Source of the DNA: Dehalococcoidia bacterium
GTDB taxonomy: Bacteria > Chloroflexota > Dehalococcoidia > SHYD01
Direction of reading: 5' to 3'
Assembly: GCA_009692945.1 (NCBI GenBank)
Contig: SHYD01000004.1
Span: forward strand, 5,910 to 69,909
DNA length: 64,000 nt
The number at the start of each line of letters is the position of its first letter. The first letter of the stretch is position 1. Below the pieces are notes generated by a model. That model saw only the letters and a program-made list of their open reading frames with translations. It was not told the DNA's origin and did no database searches. Positions 27,986 through 36,642 of the stretch are shown here, in pieces. A program made the translations under genes and the position numbers.

Positions 27986-29098
27986 ATGGACGACTATATT
28001 CTTCAACTAGAAGGCGTCACAAAAATCTACGGCAAGGCGCGGGCCGTGGACAGTTCAAGTCTCCAAATAAAAAGAGGAGAGGTGTTCACCCTCCTCGGCC
28101 CCAGCGGCTGCGGCAAAACGACCACGCTCCGGATGGTGGCCGGACTGGAGCGGCTGGACGAGGGACGGGTTCTCTACAAGGGTATCCCCGTTGCCGACCC
28201 CGCAAACCGGATTTTTGTTCCACCGCACAAACGAAACATGGGAATGGTGTTTCAGTCCTACGCCATCTGGCCCCATATGACGGTGATGGAAAACGTGGGC
28301 TACCCCCTCCGGCTGCGAGGCGTAGGGGGGTCACAACTGCGGGATCAGGTGGCAAAAGTGCTGGAACTGGTGGGCATGAGCGCTATGATCGACCGGCCGG
28401 CGCCCATGCTCAGCGGCGGCCAGCAGCAGCGGGTGGCGATCTGCCGGGCGATTATATACGAACCAGAGCTGCTGTTGCTGGACGAACCTTTCAGTAATTT
28501 GGACGCCAAACTGCGTAACCAGATGCGGGTCGAGGTCAAGCTGCTGCAGCGCCGGCTGGGCATCACGGTGCTGTTCGTTACCCACGACCAGATAGAAGCG
28601 CTCACCCTGTCCGACCGCATTGCGGTAATGAGCGAAGGGCACATCGAGCAAGTCGGCTCTCCCTCCGAGATGTACGACAATCCGGCGACGCCCTTCGTGC
28701 GCGACTTCCTGGGCCAGACGGTCGTGCTCAAGGGCAAGCTGTCAGCGGGCTCCGACGGCCGGGTAGGGTTCGCCATGACCGATGGCGCATCCAGAGGGAC
28801 GGTGCTCTACAGCAAGAAACATACCCTCAAGGAAGTGACGCAGGATGCGGACGCCTTCCTGTCGATCCGTCCCGAGGATATCCAGGTCCTGCCGATGGCC
28901 GAAGGCGGTTTGGCGGAAAACTCGCTCCCCGGCAAGATCGAGGCCCTGCTGTTTGTCGGCGACCGCTACGAAGCCCGTGTGCTGCTGCCCGATGGCGCCA
29001 GCATCCTGCTGCACCTGTCGCGGACAGGTGGGTGGAAGGAAGACCAGCCGGTGCAACTCGCATTGCCCCCAGAAAGGACGCACGTATGGCCAGCGTAA
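27986..29098 (+). CDS. ABC importer ATP-binding protein (PotA/FbpC type with C-terminal regulatory domain)
   Basis: ATG 27986 follows [41 protein letters not shown] and a TOBE-like tail. Confidence 0.9.
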   Translation: MDDYILQLEGVTKIYGKARAVDSSSLQIKRGEVFTLLGPSGCGKTTTLRMVAGLERLDEGRVLYKGIPVADPANRIFVPPHKRNMGMVFQSYAIWPHMTVMENVGYPLRLRGVGGSQLRDQVAKVLELVGMSAMIDRPAPMLSGGQQQRVAICRAIIYEPELLLLDEPFSNLDAKLRNQMRVEVKLLQRRLGITVLFVTHDQIEALTLSDRIAVMSEGHIEQVGSPSEMYDNPATPFVRDFLGQTVVLKGKLSAGSDGRVGFAMTDGASRGTVLYSKKHTLKEVTQDADAFLSIRPEDIQVLPMAEGGLAENSLPGKIEALLFVGDRYEARVLLPDGASILLHLSRTGGWKEDQPVQLALPPERTHVWPA

Positions 29099-30816
29099 AC
29101 GCTGCTCCAGGTGGGCTTACAGGTTTCATCGACCGGGGCCGCAAGATCGAGCTTCAATTCATCCTGATGACGATCCTGTTCGCCTGTGTGGCGTTCGTTG
29201 TCCTCACCCCCATGTGGCAGATCCTCACCCAGAGCTTCCAGGTCTCCAAGCCGGGTGAGGCGGCCCGTTGGGGATTTGAAGGCTGGAAGGCGGTGTTCAC
29301 CGAAACCTCCCTCCAGAAGGCCGCGTGGAATACGGTGACACTGTCCGTGACCCGCCAGTTGTTTGCCCTCACCGGCGCCATCTTTATCGCCTGGCTGTTG
29401 GCGAGAACGGACGTCCCGGGGCGCAAGATCTTTGAGTTCGTGTTCTGGCTGGCCTTCTTCCTGCCGGCCCTCACGATTACGCTGAGCTGGATCCTCGTCC
29501 TCGATCCGCAGTTCGGTTTGTTGAACCAACTCCTCCGGGGTTTCAAAGACGGCAACGGACCATTCAACATTTACTCCTTCGCGGGCATCGTGTGGGTCCA
29601 TGTGATGGGCACCAGCTTGGCGGTCCAGGTGATGATCCTCACGCCCGCGTTCCGGAACATGAACTCCGCCTTCGAAGAGGCGTCCCGCATCTCGGGCGCC
29701 AGCACCATGGGCACCATGGTGCGCATCTTCATCCCGCTCATGATGCCGGTCATCGTCGCGGTGTTGATGCTGTCATTCCTCCGGTCGCTGGAGGCCTTCG
29801 AGATCGAGCAGATCCTGGGCACGCCCATCGGTCTTTATGTGTTCAGCACCTGGATTTACGACACCCTCTACCAGCACATTCCACGCTATGACGCCGTGTC
29901 GGCGCTGGCGATCGTGATGATCCTGCTCTGCACCGGCCTGATTTTCCTTCAGCGCCGCGTCGTCGGAAAGCGCCAGTACACCACGGTCACGGGTCAATTC
30001 GTGTCAAACCCGATCCGGTTGGGGAAATGGCGAATCCCCACCGCCGTGTTCCTCGGCTTCATGTGCATCATCATCGTCGGCGTTCCCATGGTGTTCTCGG
30101 TGATGGGCACGTTCATGAAGCTGTTCGGCTTCTTCATCCAAGACCCGTGGACCCTGAAACAATGGGAGACGGCGCTGAAGGACCGGCTGCTCGCCAGGGC
30201 AGTCGGCAACACCATCGTCCTGGCGGTGAGCACCGCCATCGTGGCGATCGCGGTGCACTCCCTCATCGCCTACGTCATCGTGCGGACACGCTACGTCGCC
30301 CGCAGCGCGCTGGACTTCCTGACCTGGATGCCCTTCACCATCCCGGGTATCATCCTGAGCTTGGGGCTGCTCACCATGTTCCTGCAACCGCAATTCCGCC
30401 CGCTGTACGGCACCATGCCGACTCTGGTGATCGCACTGGTGATTTCGGGCATGCCGTTCGCTGTCCAGATTATGAAGAGCAACCTGATGCAGATCAGCAA
30501 AGACCTGGAGGAAGCCTCGTTCGTTTCCGGTGGCAATTGGTTCCACACCTATAGACGCGTCGTCTTGCCTCTGATCAGCCCCACGCTGGTGGTGATCGGG
30601 GTGATCAGCTTCATCTCGTCAGCCCGCAACATCTCCCAGGTGGCGTTGTTGTCCAACACCTCGATCCGGCCCATGTCCATCATGCAGTTGGACTACATCG
30701 CCGAGGGCAAGTATGAGGTGGCGGCCGTCATCGCGACCATCCTATTGTTCATGAGCGTCATCCTGGCGCTGGTGGCGCGAGTGTTCGGTTTCCGAGGCGT
30801 CGGCAGCAACCAATAA
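29086..30816 (+). CDS. ABC importer permease, fused double transmembrane domain (FbpB/ThiP-like)
   Basis: ATG 29086 overlaps the ATPase stop by 13 nt. There are two tandem permease modules, each with an EAA-like loop (EEASRISGASTMGTMVRI; EEASFVSGGNWFHTYRRV). Confidence 0.85.
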   Translation: MASVNAAPGGLTGFIDRGRKIELQFILMTILFACVAFVVLTPMWQILTQSFQVSKPGEAARWGFEGWKAVFTETSLQKAAWNTVTLSVTRQLFALTGAIFIAWLLARTDVPGRKIFEFVFWLAFFLPALTITLSWILVLDPQFGLLNQLLRGFKDGNGPFNIYSFAGIVWVHVMGTSLAVQVMILTPAFRNMNSAFEEASRISGASTMGTMVRIFIPLMMPVIVAVLMLSFLRSLEAFEIEQILGTPIGLYVFSTWIYDTLYQHIPRYDAVSALAIVMILLCTGLIFLQRRVVGKRQYTTVTGQFVSNPIRLGKWRIPTAVFLGFMCIIIVGVPMVFSVMGTFMKLFGFFIQDPWTLKQWETALKDRLLARAVGNTIVLAVSTAIVAIAVHSLIAYVIVRTRYVARSALDFLTWMPFTIPGIILSLGLLTMFLQPQFRPLYGTMPTLVIALVISGMPFAVQIMKSNLMQISKDLEEASFVSGGNWFHTYRRVVLPLISPTLVVIGVISFISSARNISQVALLSNTSIRPMSIMQLDYIAEGKYEVAAVIATILLFMSVILALVARVFGFRGVGSNQ

Positions 30817-30842
30817 GCCTTCCGGCGCCGCTCGCACCGGCT

Positions 30843-30877
30843 AAAAAAGGGGGAGGGCTCGACGCCCTCCCCCTTTC
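30843..30877 (+). terminator. Bidirectional-looking rho-independent terminator
   Basis: AAAAAA, then GGGGGAGGGC tcgac GCCCTCCCCC (30849-30873), then TTT. It lies 27 nt after the permease stop. Confidence 0.7.
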
Positions 30878-30903
30878 CATCTCCGGCGCAACGTGTTCGG
30901 ACG

Positions 30904-30940
30904 CCCATGACCATGGGGACACCACCAGGCCATGAAAAGG
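30904..30940 (+). repeat. Repeat module C
   Basis: CCCATGACCATGGGGACACCACCAGGCCATGAAAAGG. Related copies are at 38337 and 43501. Confidence 0.55.
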
Positions 30941-31040
30941 AGGGGTTGTCGTTGGCTGCTGGGAGTTGGGCTTGGGTGGCGTGATCACCACCCCCTTGAT
31001 CCCCCTCCTCGGAGGAGGGGGCCGAAATAACGAAGATCAA

Positions 31041-31100
31041 GGTGAGGGGACGACCCCTCACACTCCCCGCCAGCGGGAGACCCGCTGGACACCCCTTTTC
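31041..31100 (+). repeat. GC-hairpin repeat, module B
   Basis: GGTGAGGGGACGACCCCTCACACTCCCCGCCAGCGGGAGACCCGCTGGACACCCCTTTTC, nearly identical to 43609-43668. Confidence 0.8.
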
Positions 31101-31181
31101 GCAGCAGAGTTGATGGGTCAGCGACCTACTGAGAGTTACTATCCGGCGTGCCGGAATTCCCCGTCGCTCTGGGTATCCGGG

Positions 31182-32420
31182 CTACAGCATCCCGAAACCA
31201 CCGAACGGCGTCTGCCGGGTCAGGGCAACGTCGCGGTGTTCCAGCGACGATGCCAGGATACCCAGGCAGACCTCGGTGGTACCCCGGCCCCAGGCCGCGT
31301 TGTGCAACGTCAGCGGCCGGTCCTGACTCCAGGCTCCATACATGGCATCCAACTCCCAGGACGTGTAGCGCCGCTCGTAGGCGGTTCCAGCAGGGACTGC
31401 GATAGCGGTCTGGGCATCATCGGTATACAGCTTGATCCCTTCGGGCGTTTGCCGCAAATCGCCGCGTTCACAGTTCACCAGCGTGATGCCGAAGTAGGCG
31501 TGATAACGCTCTCCCTCGCCGCTCAGGAGGCCGCCGCTGTTGGCGCGGAGACTGCCGTACCGGGTCGCTTCCTTGTGGGCGTACTCATCGTCACGGCGCG
31601 CAAAGCCCTCGATCTGCCGGCGGGAGTTGAGGTGGGTCGACAGACTCTGTTTGCGCCCCCGCAGCCCGATGTTCCCGGTCAGTTCGGTGCTGTCGAAGTG
31701 GGCATAGCCACTGTAAATGAGCGTGGCTGACGCACCGTTCTCAAACTCGAGGAACGCGGTATAGCTGCCCTCGATGGGGCGGGAAGGGTCGATCGCCGTC
31801 GTCGAGGCTCGCACGCTCCGGGTGACGCCCCCCGCCAGCATGCGGGCAATGTCCACCTGGATCGGCCCTTGCCGCATCACCAGCCCCTCGCCCTGGGATG
31901 AGTCCAACTCGTGCCGGTCCCGGGGGCGGTAGAACCAGTCGCTGTAGAACCAGGTGTTCACCATCAGCGGCCGCCCCAACCGGCCCGAGTGGATGATATC
32001 GGCCATCTTGAGGATGGCCGGGTCCAGGCTCTGGGTGTGCCCCACCAGCACTCTCACTCCCCGGCGTTCCGCGGCAGCCACAATGGCGTCGCAATCCTCC
32101 AGGGTGAGCGCCATCGGCTTGTCGGCAAGCACCTGTTTGCCGTGCTCGATGGCGGCCAGGGCGTGCTGGGCATGGAGCCGGTTGGGGGTGAGGATGTAAA
32201 CCGCATCGACGTTCGGGCTCTTGCAGAGGTCCTCGGCAGCGGCGTGGGTCTCTGCCCCGAATTCCGCAGCGAACCGTTCACGTGCCACCGTCCGGGGGTC
32301 CGCCCCCGCCGTGATCCGGACGTTGGGATGACTGGCAACCTCGGGCAGCAGCACCGTGCTGGCGACGCCGAGACCGATGATGCCGACCCGCATCAGCCGT
32401 TGATTCTCCGCTTGTGCCAT
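31182..32420 (-). CDS. Gfo/Idh/MocA-family NAD(P)-dependent oxidoreductase
   Basis: Rossmann N-terminus MRVGIIGLGVASTV, YILTPNRLHAQHALAAIEHGKQVLADKP, and a long C-terminal alpha/beta domain. Confidence 0.85.
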   Translation of the reverse strand: MAQAENQRLMRVGIIGLGVASTVLLPEVASHPNVRITAGADPRTVARERFAAEFGAETHAAAEDLCKSPNVDAVYILTPNRLHAQHALAAIEHGKQVLADKPMALTLEDCDAIVAAAERRGVRVLVGHTQSLDPAILKMADIIHSGRLGRPLMVNTWFYSDWFYRPRDRHELDSSQGEGLVMRQGPIQVDIARMLAGGVTRSVRASTTAIDPSRPIEGSYTAFLEFENGASATLIYSGYAHFDSTELTGNIGLRGRKQSLSTHLNSRRQIEGFARRDDEYAHKEATRYGSLRANSGGLLSGEGERYHAYFGITLVNCERGDLRQTPEGIKLYTDDAQTAIAVPAGTAYERRYTSWELDAMYGAWSQDRPLTLHNAAWGRGTTEVCLGILASSLEHRDVALTRQTPFGGFGML

Positions 32421-32484
32421 GTGACCCTCGTCAGATCATACTGTCAGAAATATCCCCCGGCCGACCTTCGCCATGGGGCCGGCC

Positions 32485-32644
32485 TATCCATTCAGTTTCA
32501 GGGGTTCAGGCGGCGTCAGCCACTTCCCCCAACCCAGAAAAAAGGGGGATTCTCTGCGGGGGGCACCCCCGCAGCCATGGCAGAGGGCTGCCGCCCTCGT
32601 GCACTCCCGCCCCCGATCCTGGCAAGGCTCGCCTGTGAACTCAT
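32485..32644 (-). repeat. Module A repeat, full-length ~160-bp form
   Basis: It begins TATCCATTCAGTTT and ends GTGAACTCAT, and is collinear over its whole length with 63217-63381. Internal hairpins are GCGGGGGGCACCCCCGC and GAGGGCTGCCGCCCTC. Confidence 0.85.
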
Positions 32645-32657
32645 ACGGACCGGCGTG

Positions 32658-34010
32658 TCAACCCTGCCGGATCACGAGTTCCCGCTGCAGTTCGGGCGCA
32701 CCCTCCAGGTCCCACGGGATCAGCGGTGGCTGGAGCGGCGGCAACAGCGCCTCGCCCGCCCCGGCCCGCCGGACCGCCTCGTCGAACAGATCCCGCACCT
32801 CTTGGAGCCGGGGACTGTAACGCGCCTGGTTCTGGTAGTCGCCGGGCAGGGGGATATGGAGCACGCTGCCCTGGTGATGCTCCTGCGGCATCAGGATGCA
32901 CTGGTTCTCGGCCGGATCCCGATACACCTCGATGGGGTCCTGCCCCCGCTCGACGGCATCAATCTGCTCCCGGAGCAGGTCGCGAAACATGATGATGCCG
33001 ACGTCGCTCTGCCCGAGGTGCTCCTTGTCCCGTTGGGCGATGGCGCCGGGGGTGGACCAGCTCAGCATGTCCTGGCCATCGATATGGTCGGCGATGAACC
33101 TGCCATCGGCTTCGAGCATGGGGACTTCATAATAGGGGACCGAATCTTGGGGCGGCACTGACACTCCGGTCCGGTAGGCGGTGTACCAGATGTGCCAGGT
33201 GTACTCGTCGTCCACCGGGACCCGGATCTGGAACGCCGACACTCCCCGGCCGTTGCCCACCCGGAGGATGTTGGGAAAGATGACCGGGTGCCCGATCCTC
33301 CAAGCGTCGTGTTCCTCGGAGTCGCCCTCCACCACCCGCCGTTTGATGAGACCATGTTCGAAGCGGGTGAAGCCGATCTTCATGTGGCGGCGCTGACGCT
33401 GCCCAAACCGCTCCAACTCGCCGGGACCCTTCCTACCCAGCACGTAGTTAAAGAAATAGCCGTGCAGCCACTCGACGTGGACGGGGTCCATGGAGTTCTC
33501 CATGGGCTGCACCCAATTACACGGCACCAGCGTGGCGCCGATCTGCCGGACCACATTGTCCCAAACGTACAGATCATAGCGGGGCAGCAGCGGGACCGGG
33601 GCAGGGCCAAGGTACGCGAAGATAAGACCACCCAACTCCTGGACCGGATAGGCCTTGGTGCGCACCCGCTCCTTGAAGGTGGAGTTCCACGGCTCCGCGG
33701 GCTGCTCGGTGCACTCGCCCCGATGGTTGAAGAGCCAACCATGGTACGGGCACCGCAGTCCCTGGTCCTCCGGAATGCCATACTCCATTGAGACACGGCG
33801 ATGGGGGCAGGGTTCGTCGATGAGCCCCAGGTTGCCGGACCGGTCCCGGTAGAGCACGAGGTCCTCGCTAAGGAGGCGCACCTTCTTCACGGGGTTGGCG
33901 TCCAGCTCAACACTGGCAGCCACGGGGTACCAGTAGCGGCGCAGCAGCCGCCCGCCAGGGGTGTCCGGGCCCACCCGGACGATCCGTTCGTTGAGTTCCT
34001 TGCTCAGCAT
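32658..34010 (-). CDS. Rieske [2Fe-2S] non-heme-iron oxygenase, alpha-type subunit
   Basis: CPHRRVSMEYG..CPYHGWLF (Rieske CxH..CxxH). The mononuclear iron motif is NWVQPMENSMDPVHVEWLH. Confidence 0.85.
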   Translation of the reverse strand: MLSKELNERIVRVGPDTPGGRLLRRYWYPVAASVELDANPVKKVRLLSEDLVLYRDRSGNLGLIDEPCPHRRVSMEYGIPEDQGLRCPYHGWLFNHRGECTEQPAEPWNSTFKERVRTKAYPVQELGGLIFAYLGPAPVPLLPRYDLYVWDNVVRQIGATLVPCNWVQPMENSMDPVHVEWLHGYFFNYVLGRKGPGELERFGQRQRRHMKIGFTRFEHGLIKRRVVEGDSEEHDAWRIGHPVIFPNILRVGNGRGVSAFQIRVPVDDEYTWHIWYTAYRTGVSVPPQDSVPYYEVPMLEADGRFIADHIDGQDMLSWSTPGAIAQRDKEHLGQSDVGIIMFRDLLREQIDAVERGQDPIEVYRDPAENQCILMPQEHHQGSVLHIPLPGDYQNQARYSPRLQEVRDLFDEAVRRAGAGEALLPPLQPPLIPWDLEGAPELQRELVIRQG

Positions 34011-34133
34011 GACGCCTCCGTCTCGCGCTCTGGGCCGGCGTGCGAAGCCCCTGCCGCAGATGCAGCAGGGGCTTCGTCGTTCATCGAGTGATGAGTGGTC
34101 TGGTTTCCTCGCCGCGTTGGTACGGCAGTTGCA

Positions 34134-35477
34134 TCAGGGAAGCAGCGAGACCTGGCGATGCCATTCGCCCTGCGGCACCTCGGGCGCCCGGTTCTTCTCC
34201 AGCAGGGGCTCTCCCGCCTGGCTCTTGGATTCGGCCTCCAAGAACAGGCCCCGCACGTACTGGGTGATGGGGCTGAACCGGTCCCAACTCTGCGCCAACC
34301 GGACGCCCTGCATCTGTTCGGCCTGACGCCGAGCGACGTTGGCGTCGTAGGAATGCTCCTCCTGGGGCAGGTCGATGCAGACGTTTTTGGCGGCGTCTCG
34401 CACTGTCCCCAACGGATCCTTGCCCGCTTCGACCATCTCGATCTGCTCTTTCACCAATTCCCGCAGCATGATGACGCCGATGTCGCTCTGGCCCAGGTGC
34501 TCCTTGTCGCGCTGGGCAATTCTGCCCTGGCTCGCCCAGGCGAAGAAGTCCTGAACCAAGACCACCTCGGTGAGGAACTTGCCGTGGTCGTCGTACAGCG
34601 GCAGTTGGTAGACCGGGACCGACTCCTGCGGGGGGACCGGGATGCCCGGCCGGTATACGGTGTAGGTGAGATGGAGGGTGTTCTCGTCGTCCACCGGCAC
34701 CCGGTACTGGAAGGTGTAGCTGCCACTGTTCCCTACCCGGAGCACGTTCGGGTACAGGATAGGGTGACCCACCCGCCATGGCTCGTCTTCTTCGGTATTG
34801 CCTTCAACCACGCGCCGTTTGATCAGACCGTAGTCGAACCGGTCGAAACCGATCTTCTTATGGCGCGAGGCGAAACGCTCGGGGTTCGCCACGCCACGCT
34901 TGCCCCAGACATAATTCATGTAGTAGCCGTGGAGCCACTCGACATGGACAGGGTCCAGCGAGTTTTCCATGGCCTGCAGCCAGTTGCAGGGCAGGTTGGT
35001 CACGCCGATCTGACGGGTGACATTATCCCAAACCAAAAGGTCAAAGCGGGGCAGCAGCGGCGCAGGTTGAGGCCCCAAGTACGCGAACACCAGCCCGCCC
35101 AATTCCTGGACCGGGTAGGCCTTGGTGCGGATGCGGTCTTTGAAGGTGCTGTTCCAGGGCTCGGCAGGTTGCTCGGTGCACTGGCCGGAGTTGTTGAATA
35201 ACCACCCGTGATAGGGACAGCGCAGCCCCTCCTCCTCGGGAATGCCGTACTCCATCGAGACACGGCGGTGAGGGCAGGGCTCGTCGATGAGACCAAGGTT
35301 GCCGGAGCGGTCCTTGTAGAGTACGAGGTCCTCGCCCATGAGGCGCACTTTCTTCACCGGGTTCTCGTCGAGCTCGACCACACCCGCGATCGGATGCCAG
35401 TAGCGGCGCATCATCTCGCCACCGGGGGTGCCCGGACCCACCTGCGTGAGGCGCTCGTTCATCTCTTTGGTCAGCAT
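34134..35477 (-). CDS. Rieske [2Fe-2S] non-heme-iron oxygenase, tandem paralogue
   Basis: CPHRRVSMEYG..CPYHGWLF and NWLQAMENSLDPVHVEWLH. It is collinear with the downstream paralogue along its whole length. Confidence 0.85.
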   Translation of the reverse strand: MLTKEMNERLTQVGPGTPGGEMMRRYWHPIAGVVELDENPVKKVRLMGEDLVLYKDRSGNLGLIDEPCPHRRVSMEYGIPEEEGLRCPYHGWLFNNSGQCTEQPAEPWNSTFKDRIRTKAYPVQELGGLVFAYLGPQPAPLLPRFDLLVWDNVTRQIGVTNLPCNWLQAMENSLDPVHVEWLHGYYMNYVWGKRGVANPERFASRHKKIGFDRFDYGLIKRRVVEGNTEEDEPWRVGHPILYPNVLRVGNSGSYTFQYRVPVDDENTLHLTYTVYRPGIPVPPQESVPVYQLPLYDDHGKFLTEVVLVQDFFAWASQGRIAQRDKEHLGQSDIGVIMLRELVKEQIEMVEAGKDPLGTVRDAAKNVCIDLPQEEHSYDANVARRQAEQMQGVRLAQSWDRFSPITQYVRGLFLEAESKSQAGEPLLEKNRAPEVPQGEWHRQVSLLP

Positions 35478-35588
35478 GCGTTCCTCCTGTTAAGGTATCT
35501 GCGATTGTCGCGTGCACTCATTGCCTGTTATTATACGCCGCTTGCCACGCCGCGCAAAATCGGCTCCTCCTGCGGCAAATACCGGCGA

Positions 35589-36608
35589 TCAGATGCTGTA
35601 CAACGCCTTGATGTTGTCGTAAACGATCTTTCGCTTGGCGCTGTCGCTCAGGTCCTCCCGCTCCAGGAACTCCTCCAACACCTCCATCACCTCGTCGTCG
35701 GGTTCATGGGGGAAGTCGGAAGCGTACACGAACCGGTCCTCACCCAACACCGACACGCTGAAGGGGAGCACCTCGCGCTCTGCGAGTTCGGCGTGGAAGT
35801 ACACGGGATGATCGCGCACCTGCTCCGAGGCCAGTTTGCGGCCTTTGCCGGCGGTGTTGCGGTCGATCCGTTCGATGAGATAGGGCACCCAGCCGCAGCC
35901 CGCCTCCAGAAACGCCGACTTCAGGTTCGGAAAGCGTTCGAACACCCGGCCGTAGATCATGTGGGTGAACTGCGACATCTGGGCAAAGGCATGGGCCAGC
36001 ACGAAAGCCTGCCCGCCATCGGCGCCGACATGGTCGAGGTTGATGCCGATGCCGTGGGCACGCGCCGCGCCATGGATCGCCACCGGGACCCCCAACCGTT
36101 GGGCCTCGGCGTAGATCGGGTCGAACCGGGCGTCGCCGTAGCCAACATCGAGCCCCGGCGCCGGCAGCAGGCCCGCCACCATCCCCAGGTCGTTCACGGC
36201 CCGGGTCAACTCCTTGGCTGCGGCCTGCGGGTCCTGCACCGGAATGAGGGCCACCGCTTTGAGCCGGGCGTTCCGTTTTAGGAAGTGGTCGGACACGTAG
36301 TTGTTGTAGGCAGCGGCCAGGTCTGCCGCCCAAATCGGGTCACGGGTGAAGCCGAAACCGAGCCCCATGGTCGGGTAGATCACCGACTGGCTGATTTTAG
36401 CGTGGTCCATGAACTCGGACCACCCGTTGGCATCGTAGCGATGGCCACGGGGAGGTAGCCCCCGGCGCCAGCCGTCCAGCGTGGGAAACAGGTAATACGT
36501 GTCCAGCATCACGTCGGGGTACTTGCCGCGCAGGTAGGGCCGGATATCCTCGTCGCGCTCGTAGATATGCCCGTCGCCGTCGATGACCGGGGTGGTTAGC
36601 GTCGCCAT
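35589..36608 (-). CDS. Amidohydrolase-2 family protein
   Basis: VIDGDGHIYE N-terminal metal motif, VAIHGAARAHG, YASDFPHEPD (PF04909-like). Confidence 0.8.
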   Translation of the reverse strand: MATLTTPVIDGDGHIYERDEDIRPYLRGKYPDVMLDTYYLFPTLDGWRRGLPPRGHRYDANGWSEFMDHAKISQSVIYPTMGLGFGFTRDPIWAADLAAAYNNYVSDHFLKRNARLKAVALIPVQDPQAAAKELTRAVNDLGMVAGLLPAPGLDVGYGDARFDPIYAEAQRLGVPVAIHGAARAHGIGINLDHVGADGGQAFVLAHAFAQMSQFTHMIYGRVFERFPNLKSAFLEAGCGWVPYLIERIDRNTAGKGRKLASEQVRDHPVYFHAELAEREVLPFSVSVLGEDRFVYASDFPHEPDDEVMEVLEEFLEREDLSDSAKRKIVYDNIKALYSI

Positions 36609-36642
36609 GATTCCTCCTCCTCCGTTCTATAGACTCGCGGGG

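Noticed and set aside
34043-34076. 12-bp hairpin CGAAGCCCCTGC / GCAGGGGCTTCG between the two Rieske paralogues, considered as a terminator.
   Set aside because: No U-tract follows it on the transcribed (minus) strand. It may be a processing or stability element, but I cannot support a terminator call.
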